From Patescibacteria group bacterium (GTDB taxonomy: Bacteria; Patescibacteriota; Minisyncoccia; Phycocordibacterales; UBA9973): a DNA stretch of 64,000 bases. Shown piece by piece: positions 54,331 through 62,495 of this stretch. The first letter of the stretch is position 1. Each line of letters opens with the position of its first letter. The stretch covers positions 35,717-99,716 of the forward strand of contig JBBTUY010000004.1 in the NCBI GenBank assembly GCA_038063515.1, in the 5' to 3' direction. The notes beneath the pieces are model-generated. The model searched no databases. It had not been told where the DNA came from and worked only from the letters and a program-made list of their open reading frames with translations. Position numbers and translations under genes: made by a program.

Positions 54331-55458
54331 TTATTGAAGTTTGCGCAGTGCTAGACCCATAGCGACAGCAAACTCGGGACCCATGGTATCAAGAACTTTC
54401 TGCAAGAATTCTGGAGTCTTAACTTTAGAAAATGGATGACCTATCTCTATTTCAGCTTGGAAATTATTTGCAGAAACTTCTTTGAGACCCTTCATAAGCG
54501 CCCCACCACCAGAAAATATAACCTTGCTTATTGTTCTGTTGTATTTTTTCTCATAACTTAGTAATACGTTGTTTGTTTCAGACATTATGTAGTCTATGTG
54601 AATCTTGATAACGTCAGCTAAGCTTTTTTCTGTAGGGCTACCGTATAGTCCAAACTCTTTCTTGATCTTCTCAGCTTCGGCAAATGACATGCTTAGAGAC
54701 TTGGATATTGATTCTGTTATATACGCTCCCCCTCTCTCTATAGAGTGAAAACTTTTCACCATGCCAAACTCCACAATAGAGAGCTTGGTGCGGGACGCAC
54801 CAAAATCAATAAGGAGAACTGGAGAAAGTTCATGCTCAAAGTTTGATCTGATAGAAGAGAAAATTTCAATTTCAAAAAAAGGAGACTCGATCTTGCACTC
54901 TGCTAAAATAGAACGGAACTTAGCCACTGCGTCATTTTGAGTAGCTACCACGAGCACATTCATCTTGTCTATTTTTACTTCCTCTACATGCTCTCTGTTT
55001 AATTCTTCGAAAGAAGCCTCTTTGTTTGGTAAAACGAAATAATCAAGGGAAACTTCTGCAATGGGCACAGGAATGTATTTCCTAGCTTCAATAGAAACTA
55101 TCGAAAGCATTTCGTCTGCTTTTACCTGAGATGGTAGCTGTATTGTAAATATTAAACTTGATTGTACGGGTATAGACAAAACGCCTGAATTAGAAGAGAC
55201 ACTAGACTGCTTTAATACTTCCTTTAATGCGTCGGCTATTTTCTCTACGGAAAGATTTGTAGTGGCACCTATATCAAGGTCAGCATACGGACCAAGCTCT
55301 ATGATACCGTAAGTTTCGAGTATAACTCTACCCCCCTTCTTCTTTATCTCAACGACTTTGATGGCTGAAGTTCCAATATCAATACCCACAGCACCATCTT
55401 CTGTGCCTTTTATCATTTTCTCTATATTCCCAAAGATTGTTTTCAGCGGATTATCCAT
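54331..55458 (-). CDS. pilM: Type IV pilus assembly protein PilM
   Basis: GIDIGTSAIKVVE, EARKYIP, IDFGAS, SGGGA, AMGLALR. Confidence 0.93.
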   Translation of the reverse strand: MDNPLKTIFGNIEKMIKGTEDGAVGIDIGTSAIKVVEIKKKGGRVILETYGIIELGPYADLDIGATTNLSVEKIADALKEVLKQSSVSSNSGVLSIPVQSSLIFTIQLPSQVKADEMLSIVSIEARKYIPVPIAEVSLDYFVLPNKEASFEELNREHVEEVKIDKMNVLVVATQNDAVAKFRSILAECKIESPFFEIEIFSSIRSNFEHELSPVLLIDFGASRTKLSIVEFGMVKSFHSIERGGAYITESISKSLSMSFAEAEKIKKEFGLYGSPTEKSLADVIKIHIDYIMSETNNVLLSYEKKYNRTISKVIFSGGGALMKGLKEVSANNFQAEIEIGHPFSKVKTPEFLQKVLDTMGPEFAVAMGLALRKLQ

Positions 55459-55495
55459 TTATACTAAAAATACTAATATAATAATTATACCACAT

Positions 55496-56170
55496 ATGGC
55501 CTTTTTGAACACTATATTAAATGGAGTCTTAAATTTAATCTTTCCCATGAAATGCATAGACTGTGGAATTTCAGGATCAAATTTTTGCAATACATGCATA
55601 GGTCAGGCTCCGATCTCAGACAGAGAAGTGTCAAGTTGGATATACCCGACATTCGACTATAGACACCCACCGGTCAAGAAAGCCTTGTGGCTAATAAAAT
55701 ACAAAAGCAAGAAGAGCTTAGTGAAAATATTTGCCGAAATAATGTATGACAGGATGATAGCAGAGCTTGCAGACTTGTCTCAATTAGAAAATTTTAATAA
55801 TTCCATCTTGATACCCATTCCCCTTTCAAAAAAAGGACACAGAGAGAGAGGATACAATCAAGCAGAATTACTTTGCGAAGAATTAATAGAGATAGATAAA
55901 AATACAAATTTTAAACTAGGAAAAAATATTCTAGTAAAGACAAAAGACACAGGGCACCAAGCTCACATTAAAAACAAAGGCGAAAGAATGAAGAATATCA
56001 TTGGTGCTTTTAGTATTAAAGATTTAGATAAAAATATAAATTTGATAAAAAATAAAAATATAATCCTAATAGATGACATAACCACTACAGGAGCTACGCT
56101 CGGTGAAGCAAAGAAAGTGCTAAAAAACGCTGGTGCAAGAAAAATAATAGCTTTTACTATAGCACATTGA
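55496..56170 (+). CDS. comF: ComF family competence protein (Zn finger + PRTase)
   Basis: CIDC..CNTC, IPIPL..RGYNQ, LIDDITTTGATL; start ATG 55496. Confidence 0.9.
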   Translation: MAFLNTILNGVLNLIFPMKCIDCGISGSNFCNTCIGQAPISDREVSSWIYPTFDYRHPPVKKALWLIKYKSKKSLVKIFAEIMYDRMIAELADLSQLENFNNSILIPIPLSKKGHRERGYNQAELLCEELIEIDKNTNFKLGKNILVKTKDTGHQAHIKNKGERMKNIIGAFSIKDLDKNINLIKNKNIILIDDITTTGATLGEAKKVLKNAGARKIIAFTIAH

Positions 56171-56183
56171 TATAATAACCTCT

Positions 56184-57395
56184 ATGTCACATTGTAAAGA
56201 TTGCGAACCAGCACAAGAAAGTCATTTTGTAGCATATACCTCAGTCGTACTAGGATGGATAGATGAGCCATTTTTTGGACTCATGGAAAAAATGTTTAAA
56301 AATACAGCAGAAGTAATGGCGGACAAGCTGTCTATTCCATTTTTTGAAACCATGGTCTTCCTCGGACTCGGTAGATACTCATACAGGCCAGAGAAAAAGG
56401 ATACATACAGAACTAAATGTTTCTGGGATGAAGCAAGAAGACGAAACATTCAAATGCGTGAATTTCATCTCGGACCCATAGGTGACGCATTCGTGGCGAC
56501 CTTCACATACAAAGACGGTGACAAAGAAAAAAAGAAGACGCTGCTTTTTGATGGCTTACCTCGCCCTGGACTCAAAGACTCACCTTCTCTTAAATGGATG
56601 GACAACAAAGGCATAATGAAAACAAAATTCAAAGAAGCAGGTTTGCCTATAGCAGATGGGGGTGTGACATGGACGAAAAGTCAGGCAATAAAAATTTTTA
56701 ATCGCATCCAAAAGCCCATCATCACCAAGCCGAATTTAGGATCTAGAAGTAGACATACGATGATCCACATAAACACCCTCGAGGATTTGATGGTGGGATT
56801 TAAAAAAGCCAAGAAACTCTCTCCTCTAGTCATAGTCGAGGAAGAACTTCGCGGATACTTGTTTAGAGGAACACTAGTAAATCAAAAAATTGTAGCAGTC
56901 ATAAAACGTGACCAACCAGAAGTCACCGGTGACGGTATTCATACTCTTCAACACTTGCTCGATGAAGAAAACAAAAGACCAGAAAGACAAGGCCCGATAT
57001 ACCACATCATACCCATAGACAAAGAAGCAGAAATAGAGCTAAAAAGACAAAATGTAAAGTTAGACGACGTAATAGAAAAAGGTAAAGTAATAACTTTCTC
57101 CCAAAAGACAAGTAGGAGTTGTGGAGGTACTACTACAGATGTCACAGATATAATTCATCCTGATAACAAAGAAATGCTCGAAAACGTAGGCAAACTTTTA
57201 AATGACCCACTTGTGGGCGTAGATTTTATAATAGAAGATATAACCAAATCATGGAAAGAAGAACAACATTCGGGCATCATAGAGTGCAACAGTCTGCCGT
57301 TTATAGACCTGCACCACTACCCTCTCTTTGGTAAGCCAGTCAACGTAGCAGGAAAACTCTGGGATCTCGTACTACCCGAGTCGCATATAGACTAA
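56184..57395 (+). CDS. Stand-alone ATP-grasp ligase resembling the cyanophycin synthetase/GshAB ATP-grasp domain
   Basis: ITKP..GSRSR, VEEEL, VTGDGIHT, GGTTTDVTDIIHP, GVDFI, IECNSLP. Confidence 0.75.
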   Translation: MSHCKDCEPAQESHFVAYTSVVLGWIDEPFFGLMEKMFKNTAEVMADKLSIPFFETMVFLGLGRYSYRPEKKDTYRTKCFWDEARRRNIQMREFHLGPIGDAFVATFTYKDGDKEKKKTLLFDGLPRPGLKDSPSLKWMDNKGIMKTKFKEAGLPIADGGVTWTKSQAIKIFNRIQKPIITKPNLGSRSRHTMIHINTLEDLMVGFKKAKKLSPLVIVEEELRGYLFRGTLVNQKIVAVIKRDQPEVTGDGIHTLQHLLDEENKRPERQGPIYHIIPIDKEAEIELKRQNVKLDDVIEKGKVITFSQKTSRSCGGTTTDVTDIIHPDNKEMLENVGKLLNDPLVGVDFIIEDITKSWKEEQHSGIIECNSLPFIDLHHYPLFGKPVNVAGKLWDLVLPESHID

Positions 57396-57886
57396 TTTTT
57401 CTCAAACATTATTTCAGAGTCTGGGTTGTATGCATCAGGATCCATGACTAAGTGAGAAGTGTATTTTTCTGATACAACGAAATCACCTAAGAATTTAAGG
57501 AATTCTTCCTTCCTTCCTTTCTTTCCTTTTTCTTCTAAATGCTCGAGGGGGTGAGCTTCAGGAGTAAATTCATAATGCCCCCTTATCTCTCCGTCACTAT
57601 ATACACGTAAGTGGTATTGATCTTGGAAATCATCTAATTTCCTCCAACTTAAAACCTGATCAGTGTCAGTCCATGCTATGAAATGATTCCCGAAACCCCA
57701 GCTCTCATGTAGGTGCTTCTTTAATTCTTCTAGGGTCTTGCCTTGTCTCAAATATCCTATGTGGTATTTCTGCCTTGAGCTGTCGTGATGAATGATACCC
57801 CACTTAAGTAGTGTTCTCTGCATAGGCAAGAAAAACCTGTATATATGATGCCAAGCCTTGTATTTCAATCTATCGAAAAAACTCAT
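57392..57886 (-). CDS. Hypothetical protein
   Basis: 164-aa ORF with an extended -10 element directly upstream; QYHLRVY..GHYE..HPLEHL. Confidence 0.65.
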   Translation of the reverse strand: MSFFDRLKYKAWHHIYRFFLPMQRTLLKWGIIHHDSSRQKYHIGYLRQGKTLEELKKHLHESWGFGNHFIAWTDTDQVLSWRKLDDFQDQYHLRVYSDGEIRGHYEFTPEAHPLEHLEEKGKKGRKEEFLKFLGDFVVSEKYTSHLVMDPDAYNPDSEIMFEKN

Positions 57887-57954
57887 AAGGATATAATAGC
57901 ATATTTTAAATTTAATTTAACATATCATTTACGAGTGAATTTATAGATAAAGTT

Positions 57955-58635
57955 TTATTTCAACGAAAAAGGATTAAAATTTGTATCAGTATCATAATAG
58001 TCTTCATTTTCTTTTTTCTTCAAGAAAGAGATTATTTTATACGTTACAGGGGTAAAAAATATTTCTATTAGTGTTTTAAAAATATAATTAGAGATAATGA
58101 GTGTGACGAGTAAAGAAAAAGGAAATATACCCGAAAATGCAATTAATATAAATAAACTGCTATCTACAAGCTCGCCGACTACAGTAGAGCCCACAGTACG
58201 CATCCAGAGATGTTTACCTTTTGACCACAACTTCATTTTAATTAAAATAAAGGAGTTTGAAAAACTTCCGAAAGTGTACGCAATGAGACTCGCTATCACA
58301 ATACGAGGAGTAAATCCTAGGATGCTATCATATGCCATTTGATTATTCCAATCCGCTGCAGGAGGCAGCTTCCCAACAATTATAAACACAACAGACATCA
58401 TCAATGCAGAAAAAAAACCAAGCCATATTATTCCACGAGTTCTTTTATATCCATAAACTTCGGCTAGTATGTCTCCGAAAATATAACTCAATGGAAACAA
58501 CAAGGTTCCTGCATCAAATGTAAACCAGCCCAAACTAACTATCTTAGTAGATGCAATATTTGAAATCAGAAGCACTGACACAAAAAATACGCTAATGGGA
58601 ACTAAGTATATATAATTTTTTCCTTCTTTATTCAT
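57955..58635 (-). CDS. Queuosine precursor transporter (YhhQ/VUT family)
   Basis: SNIASTK, FPLSYIFGDILAEVYG, PRIVIASLIAY, RTVGSTVVGELVDS. Confidence 0.9.
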   Translation of the reverse strand: MNKEGKNYIYLVPISVFFVSVLLISNIASTKIVSLGWFTFDAGTLLFPLSYIFGDILAEVYGYKRTRGIIWLGFFSALMMSVVFIIVGKLPPAADWNNQMAYDSILGFTPRIVIASLIAYTFGSFSNSFILIKMKLWSKGKHLWMRTVGSTVVGELVDSSLFILIAFSGIFPFSLLVTLIISNYIFKTLIEIFFTPVTYKIISFLKKKENEDYYDTDTNFNPFSLK

Positions 58636-58689
58636 AAAATATATTTTTTAAATTAAAAAACAACTTGATCAACGGATAATTTATTGTCT

Positions 58690-58781
58690 TGGCGGAGCCG
58701 GACGGATTCGAACCGTCGAGGGGTTTTGAAGCCCCTGCCTCTTTAGCAAAGAGGTACGTTAGACCACTCTGACACGGCTCC
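58690..58781 (-). tRNA. tRNA-Ser(GCU)
   Basis: Acceptor GGAGCCG/CGGCTCC-G-CCA, anticodon arm CCTCT-TTGCTAA-AGAGG, long variable arm, GTTCGAATC. Confidence 0.95.
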
Positions 58782-58862
58782 TTTGGCTATTTTCATACTC
58801 TATCATATTATTATGGTTTTTCCATTTTTTTCTGGTATACTCTTTTTAGTTAGCAGATAGAA

Positions 58863-58952
58863 GGACAGATGGGTGAGTGGCTTAAACCAGCGGTTTACTA
58901 AACCGCCGTCCCCTTAAAAGGACCGTGAGTTCGAATCTCACTCTGTCCGCCA
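58863..58952 (+). tRNA. tRNA-Ser-type gene with anticodon ACU (A34)
   Basis: Acceptor GGACAGA/TCTGTCC-G-CCA, anticodon arm GCGGT-TTACTAA-ACCGC (ACT at 58897-58899), long variable arm GTCC..GGAC, T-arm GTGAG-TTCGAAT-CTCAC. Confidence 0.9.
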
Positions 58953-59051
58953 GTAGTTTTGAAAAGTAGTCGCTAGAAAGTTCTTATTTTAGGCTACATT
59001 TCAAAACTGAAAAGTGATAAAATGAGTGAACCCTGAAGGGATTCGAACTGT

Positions 59052-59483
59052 ATGATTTTTCAAGAAGCACCACCAGATTTTAATAAGGAAATAGACGTCG
59101 TTGGCTGCTATGTCCAGTATGACGGTAAATTTGTTTTGCTTCATCGTCAACCATATAAAACCAATGGGAATAAATTAGGTCTTCCCGCGGGCAAGGTCGA
59201 TCGAGGAGAAAATATTCATCAGGCAATGAGTCGAGAGATTAAAGAAGAAACAGGCCTAGAAATACCCGAGGAAAATCTGGAACACATCGGTACAGTATTC
59301 GTTAGAAATGAAGGTCATGACATTGGCTACCACATGTTTATCACTCACTTGTCAGCTCAACCAGAAGTAATCATTAGTCCTAAAGAGCATCAGGCATATA
59401 TCTGGGCATCACCCTCTGAAGCACTCAAAATGGATTTGATACATGACTTAGACGACTGTATTAAGATGTATTACCAAATTTAA
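59052..59483 (+). CDS. NUDIX hydrolase
   Basis: Nudix box AGKVDRGENIHQAMSREIKEETG. Confidence 0.9.
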   Translation: MIFQEAPPDFNKEIDVVGCYVQYDGKFVLLHRQPYKTNGNKLGLPAGKVDRGENIHQAMSREIKEETGLEIPEENLEHIGTVFVRNEGHDIGYHMFITHLSAQPEVIISPKEHQAYIWASPSEALKMDLIHDLDDCIKMYYQI

Positions 59484-59495
59484 ACACCAATCTTT

Positions 59496-59669
59496 ATGAG
59501 GAAAGTTAAGCAAATAAAAAAGAATCTCGGTATCTCACCAGAACTTCTGACGAAACTTCGTCGCGCTACTCTTATAGCCTCCGCTGGTTCATCTACACGC
59601 CTTAAAGGTTCAAAACTCTCAGATAAAGAAGTAGAGCGAGTAGCTAATACTGTTTTTGGGCAAAAGTAG
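59496..59669 (+). pseudogene. Fragment resembling the N-terminus of a Fic-family protein (57 aa)
   Basis: MRKVKQ..SPELLTKLRRATLIASAGSSTRLKGSKLSDKEVE; resembles the S/TxxxEG inhibitory helix but no Fic HPFxDGNGR domain follows. Confidence 0.5.
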
Positions 59670-59817
59670 GAATATCGAATAAGGCAGGATTTTCTTTGTA
59701 GATTCGCCTCAAATCCCGTACAATTTTATCAACACTCCTGAAATCAAGCCGTTTCGGTTCTAATTTCGGGACATCGCCACCGCAGATTTTTTTTAATTAA
59801 CTTTTATAATATAGATT

Positions 59818-60705
59818 CTAGTTATTAAACGCATCTCGTAGAGTTTGGATATCAAACTTTTTCATTTTCATGAAAGCCTCGGTGACACGAGCTATTTGTT
59901 CTTTGGTGCCAGTAGACATTATATGCTCCATTTCAGTAGGAACTACTTGCCATGGAAAGCCAAATTTATCTTTGAGCCAGCCACACTGCACCTCCTCTCC
60001 CCCTTCTGTTAATTTATCCCAATAGTAGTCTACTTCTTCTTGGGTATCGCAGTTTATCATAAAAGATATCGCTTGCTCGAAGTTAAGTGGACTTTTCTTG
60101 CCGCTATCCATAGCTGCCATGAAAAAATTTTCTATAGTAAAGCCAGCGTGCTTCACCACAGCATTTGTCTCTACTACTTCTTTGTCTGCTTCCTCGTATT
60201 TCATCATGTAGTTAATATTTGAATTATGAAATACACTTGTGTAAAAATTCACAGCTTCTTCTGCACGACCACAAGCATCCCCCGCAAACATAAGTGTAGG
60301 TATCACTTTCTGCGGAGACTTCATGGTCGAAGAAAACATGATCTGCCATGACACTCCATACTGGTCCTCTACCCAGCCATACTTGTCTGCAAATGGATAT
60401 GCAGCTAGCTCCATGAGCACCTTGCCAGTACTTGAGAGTTTACCCCAAAGTTCATCTACCTCTTCTGTGGAGTCACAAGATATGATGAAAGACACAGTAG
60501 GATTAAACTTATTAAATGGCCCGGCTACCATGAGACTAAAATCCGTACCAAAGATATTAAGCGTACCCATCTGCACACTACCAGAAGGAGTGTTTTCGAG
60601 CTCTCCGGCACCACTAAACTTCGTACCTGGAAATACTGAAATATAAAAATCAGTGATCCCTTTCATATCTTTCTCAAACCATAAAAACGGTATTATTTTT
60701 TGCAT
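59818..60705 (-). CDS. VOC/PhnB (3-demethylubiquinone-9 3-methyltransferase-like) tandem-domain protein
   Basis: QKIIPFLWF, YGWVEDQYGVSWQ, QCGWLKDKFGFPWQVVP. Confidence 0.88.
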   Translation of the reverse strand: MQKIIPFLWFEKDMKGITDFYISVFPGTKFSGAGELENTPSGSVQMGTLNIFGTDFSLMVAGPFNKFNPTVSFIISCDSTEEVDELWGKLSSTGKVLMELAAYPFADKYGWVEDQYGVSWQIMFSSTMKSPQKVIPTLMFAGDACGRAEEAVNFYTSVFHNSNINYMMKYEEADKEVVETNAVVKHAGFTIENFFMAAMDSGKKSPLNFEQAISFMINCDTQEEVDYYWDKLTEGGEEVQCGWLKDKFGFPWQVVPTEMEHIMSTGTKEQIARVTEAFMKMKKFDIQTLRDAFNN

Positions 60706-60716
60706 GCTTTGTGGAA

Positions 60717-61103
60717 TTATTTAATTTTCTTTGTAACCTTTGCCACCTGCTTAGATACATCTTTCCACTCGCTTTTTATAGTCTTAGCTATAGCACTTAC
60801 GTCCTTGGCAGCAAGCTTGTATTCCTTTGCATAATTTTTAGATACTGTGTCTACTACTTTGTTGTAAATTGGCGCACTTACTTTCTTTGCCTTCTTTATC
60901 TCAGCACTTACTTCTTTCTTCATTTTAGCGATCAACGCCTTTGCTTTCTTTTGATTTGTTTTACCATCGGGACCCATAAGATAATAAGCTCCAGCACCTG
61001 CAAGTGCTACCCCCGCTGCACCTATGACTCCAAGAGAAACTTTCTCCCCTGTTGATAAGCCACCCTTTTTAACAGCTGCTGTACTTTTTGTATTTTTTTT
61101 CAT
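60717..61103 (-). CDS. Lys/Ala-rich protein with a single TM (YtxH-like)
   Basis: GAAGVALAGAGAYYLMGP followed by basic amphipathic helices. Confidence 0.6.
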   Translation of the reverse strand: MKKNTKSTAAVKKGGLSTGEKVSLGVIGAAGVALAGAGAYYLMGPDGKTNQKKAKALIAKMKKEVSAEIKKAKKVSAPIYNKVVDTVSKNYAKEYKLAAKDVSAIAKTIKSEWKDVSKQVAKVTKKIK

Positions 61104-61135
61104 ATTTTTTATTTTAATATTTTTTTAATAAACTT

Positions 61136-61387
61136 TTAATCTTTTCGACGTCTTTTCTTTCCACCAAACAAAAAACTAAATACCATGCTATTTCTCACAT
61201 CTTCGAGAAGCTCTTTTGTGGTATCCCCTATGTGGTCTATGTCTTTCTCTATCTTATCTAAAATTCTAGAAAATGTGCCCGCTGCACGATTTAAATAGAA
61301 CAGTAGAACTGCAATAAGAATAAAAAGTATCACAAAACCGACACTGGAGATAAGGAAGAAAATATGCATTTGTGAAAATTGATCCAT
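61136..61387 (-). CDS. Small membrane protein with coiled coil (DUF948-like)
   Basis: N-terminal TM, helical C-terminus; adjacent to the YtxH-like gene. Confidence 0.55.
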   Translation of the reverse strand: MDQFSQMHIFFLISSVGFVILFILIAVLLFYLNRAAGTFSRILDKIEKDIDHIGDTTKELLEDVRNSMVFSFLFGGKKRRRKD

Positions 61388-61450
61388 TGATTAATTATAG
61401 ACCTTTCCAGGTAAATTGCAAAAACCATCCTTTTCTGATATGCTACTTCT

Positions 61451-61754
61451 AGCGGGATAGAGAAGAGGAATCTCGCAAGGCTCAGCGGTTTTTATATGGG
61501 CCCCCTCAGAAGAAACTTTGAGGTGTGCACTCGTCAAATTCGGAGAAATCCTCTCTGCCATCTGGTAGAAAGACAATTCCGAGCTAAATTTTCCAAGTAA
61601 TTGGAGATAAATGTGTAGAGACTAGATGATGAGCTCCTTAATTAAATTTATTTAAAAAGGAGATGGTATAGTCCAGACCACAAACATTTTGGTAGTGAAA
61701 ACTATAGTGGTAAAGCATAACCTTGAGACGGCCGTTCGATTCGGCCTCCCGCAA
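61451..61754 (+). tRNA. Initiator tRNA-Met(CAU) interrupted by a group I intron (exon 1 61451-61482, exon 2 61716-61754)
   Basis: Spliced product AGCGGGA..GAGA/TCTC..CAAGG-CT^CATAA-CCTTG..GGCCG-TTCGATT-CGGCC-TCCCGCA-A; 1:72 mismatch and A11-U24 are initiator features. Confidence 0.9.
61483..61715 (+). ncRNA. Group I self-splicing intron (233 nt, no homing endonuclease)
   Basis: 5' exon ends in U and intron ends in G; P1 GGCUCA/UGGGCC with U-G wobble; core-like segments AAATTCGGAGAA, AATTCCGAGC, GTAGAGACTAGA, GGTATAGTCC. Confidence 0.87.
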
Positions 61755-61766
61755 CAAGATAGTGCC

Positions 61767-61815
61767 AAAACTAAAAGACAGAAATTTAAAGTTTAAATTT
61801 CTGTCTTTTAGTTTT
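61767..61815. terminator. Perfect 24-bp AT-rich inverted repeat between convergent transcripts
   Basis: AAAACTAAAAGACAGAAATTTAAA-g-TTTAAATTTCTGTCTTTTAGTTTT. Confidence 0.65.
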
Positions 61816-62461
61816 ATATAAATCCGTACTCTCGGAAAATATCTTCATAAATAGCTATTACTCTCTTTGCTTCACGTTGAGAAATCTCATATGAGAGACC
61901 TTCGTGTGCAACCCTGTTTCTTATTGTGTGCACTTCCCACGCAGAAGTAAGATTCCTAAATTTTTCTTGGTCTGTGCTTTTTAATTTATCACCCAGTGTA
62001 TCTCCTTTAAACCCGAGTTGACCTAAAAGGTCCTCAAGCATAGCATCAGCTTCTATGATGGCAAGTTTCCAGTCACTCGGAGACTGAGAGAAAAGATATG
62101 TGAGAGTCCTCACCCATCTACTATTTTCAGATACGTTATTCTCTCTTTCCTTCTTTTCTTCACGCTCCTTTTTATGATGAGCGTATTCTACTATCTCGTG
62201 ATGCATATGTGCGTGCTCCTTTTTTCTAATCTCAAGCATACGTACAAAACAGTACGACATAAGTGCGAGGAAAAACATTGCGAGGAAAAAGAGTATGACG
62301 TAAAAAGTGTCGAGTACGCTCTTCTGAAAAAAGATAGCTGCTAATCCTTTAGCTACGCTAACTTCGTGCCCAAACCAATAGTCAGGACTTAAATACTGAG
62401 ACTCAAGGAAAGTCCCCTCTATTAAACTATTTTGTCTTTCGTATGATCGCGCAACGTCCAT
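61814..62461 (-). CDS. Hypothetical membrane protein with a C-terminal RxxxxH motif
   Basis: TM helix, AIIEADAML, GDTLGDKLK, RNRVAHE. Confidence 0.75.
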   Translation of the reverse strand: MDVARSYERQNSLIEGTFLESQYLSPDYWFGHEVSVAKGLAAIFFQKSVLDTFYVILFFLAMFFLALMSYCFVRMLEIRKKEHAHMHHEIVEYAHHKKEREEKKERENNVSENSRWVRTLTYLFSQSPSDWKLAIIEADAMLEDLLGQLGFKGDTLGDKLKSTDQEKFRNLTSAWEVHTIRNRVAHEGLSYEISQREAKRVIAIYEDIFREYGFI

Positions 62462-62495
62462 AAATTTTGTTATATATATTATACAACAAAAAACC

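Noticed and set aside
58636-58689. preQ1 riboswitch expected upstream of the queuosine precursor transporter
   Set aside because: No preQ1-like stem-loop or A-rich tail is visible; the space is short and follows tRNA-Ser(GCU) directly.
61391-61576. 61-aa minus-strand ORF from the ORF track
   Set aside because: Antisense to tRNA-fMet exon 1 and the group I intron; no protein features.
61716-61757. Possible tmRNA 3' end
   Set aside because: The acceptor stem has no G3-U70 Ala identity pair, and the sequence joins with 61451-61482 into a complete tRNA-Met.
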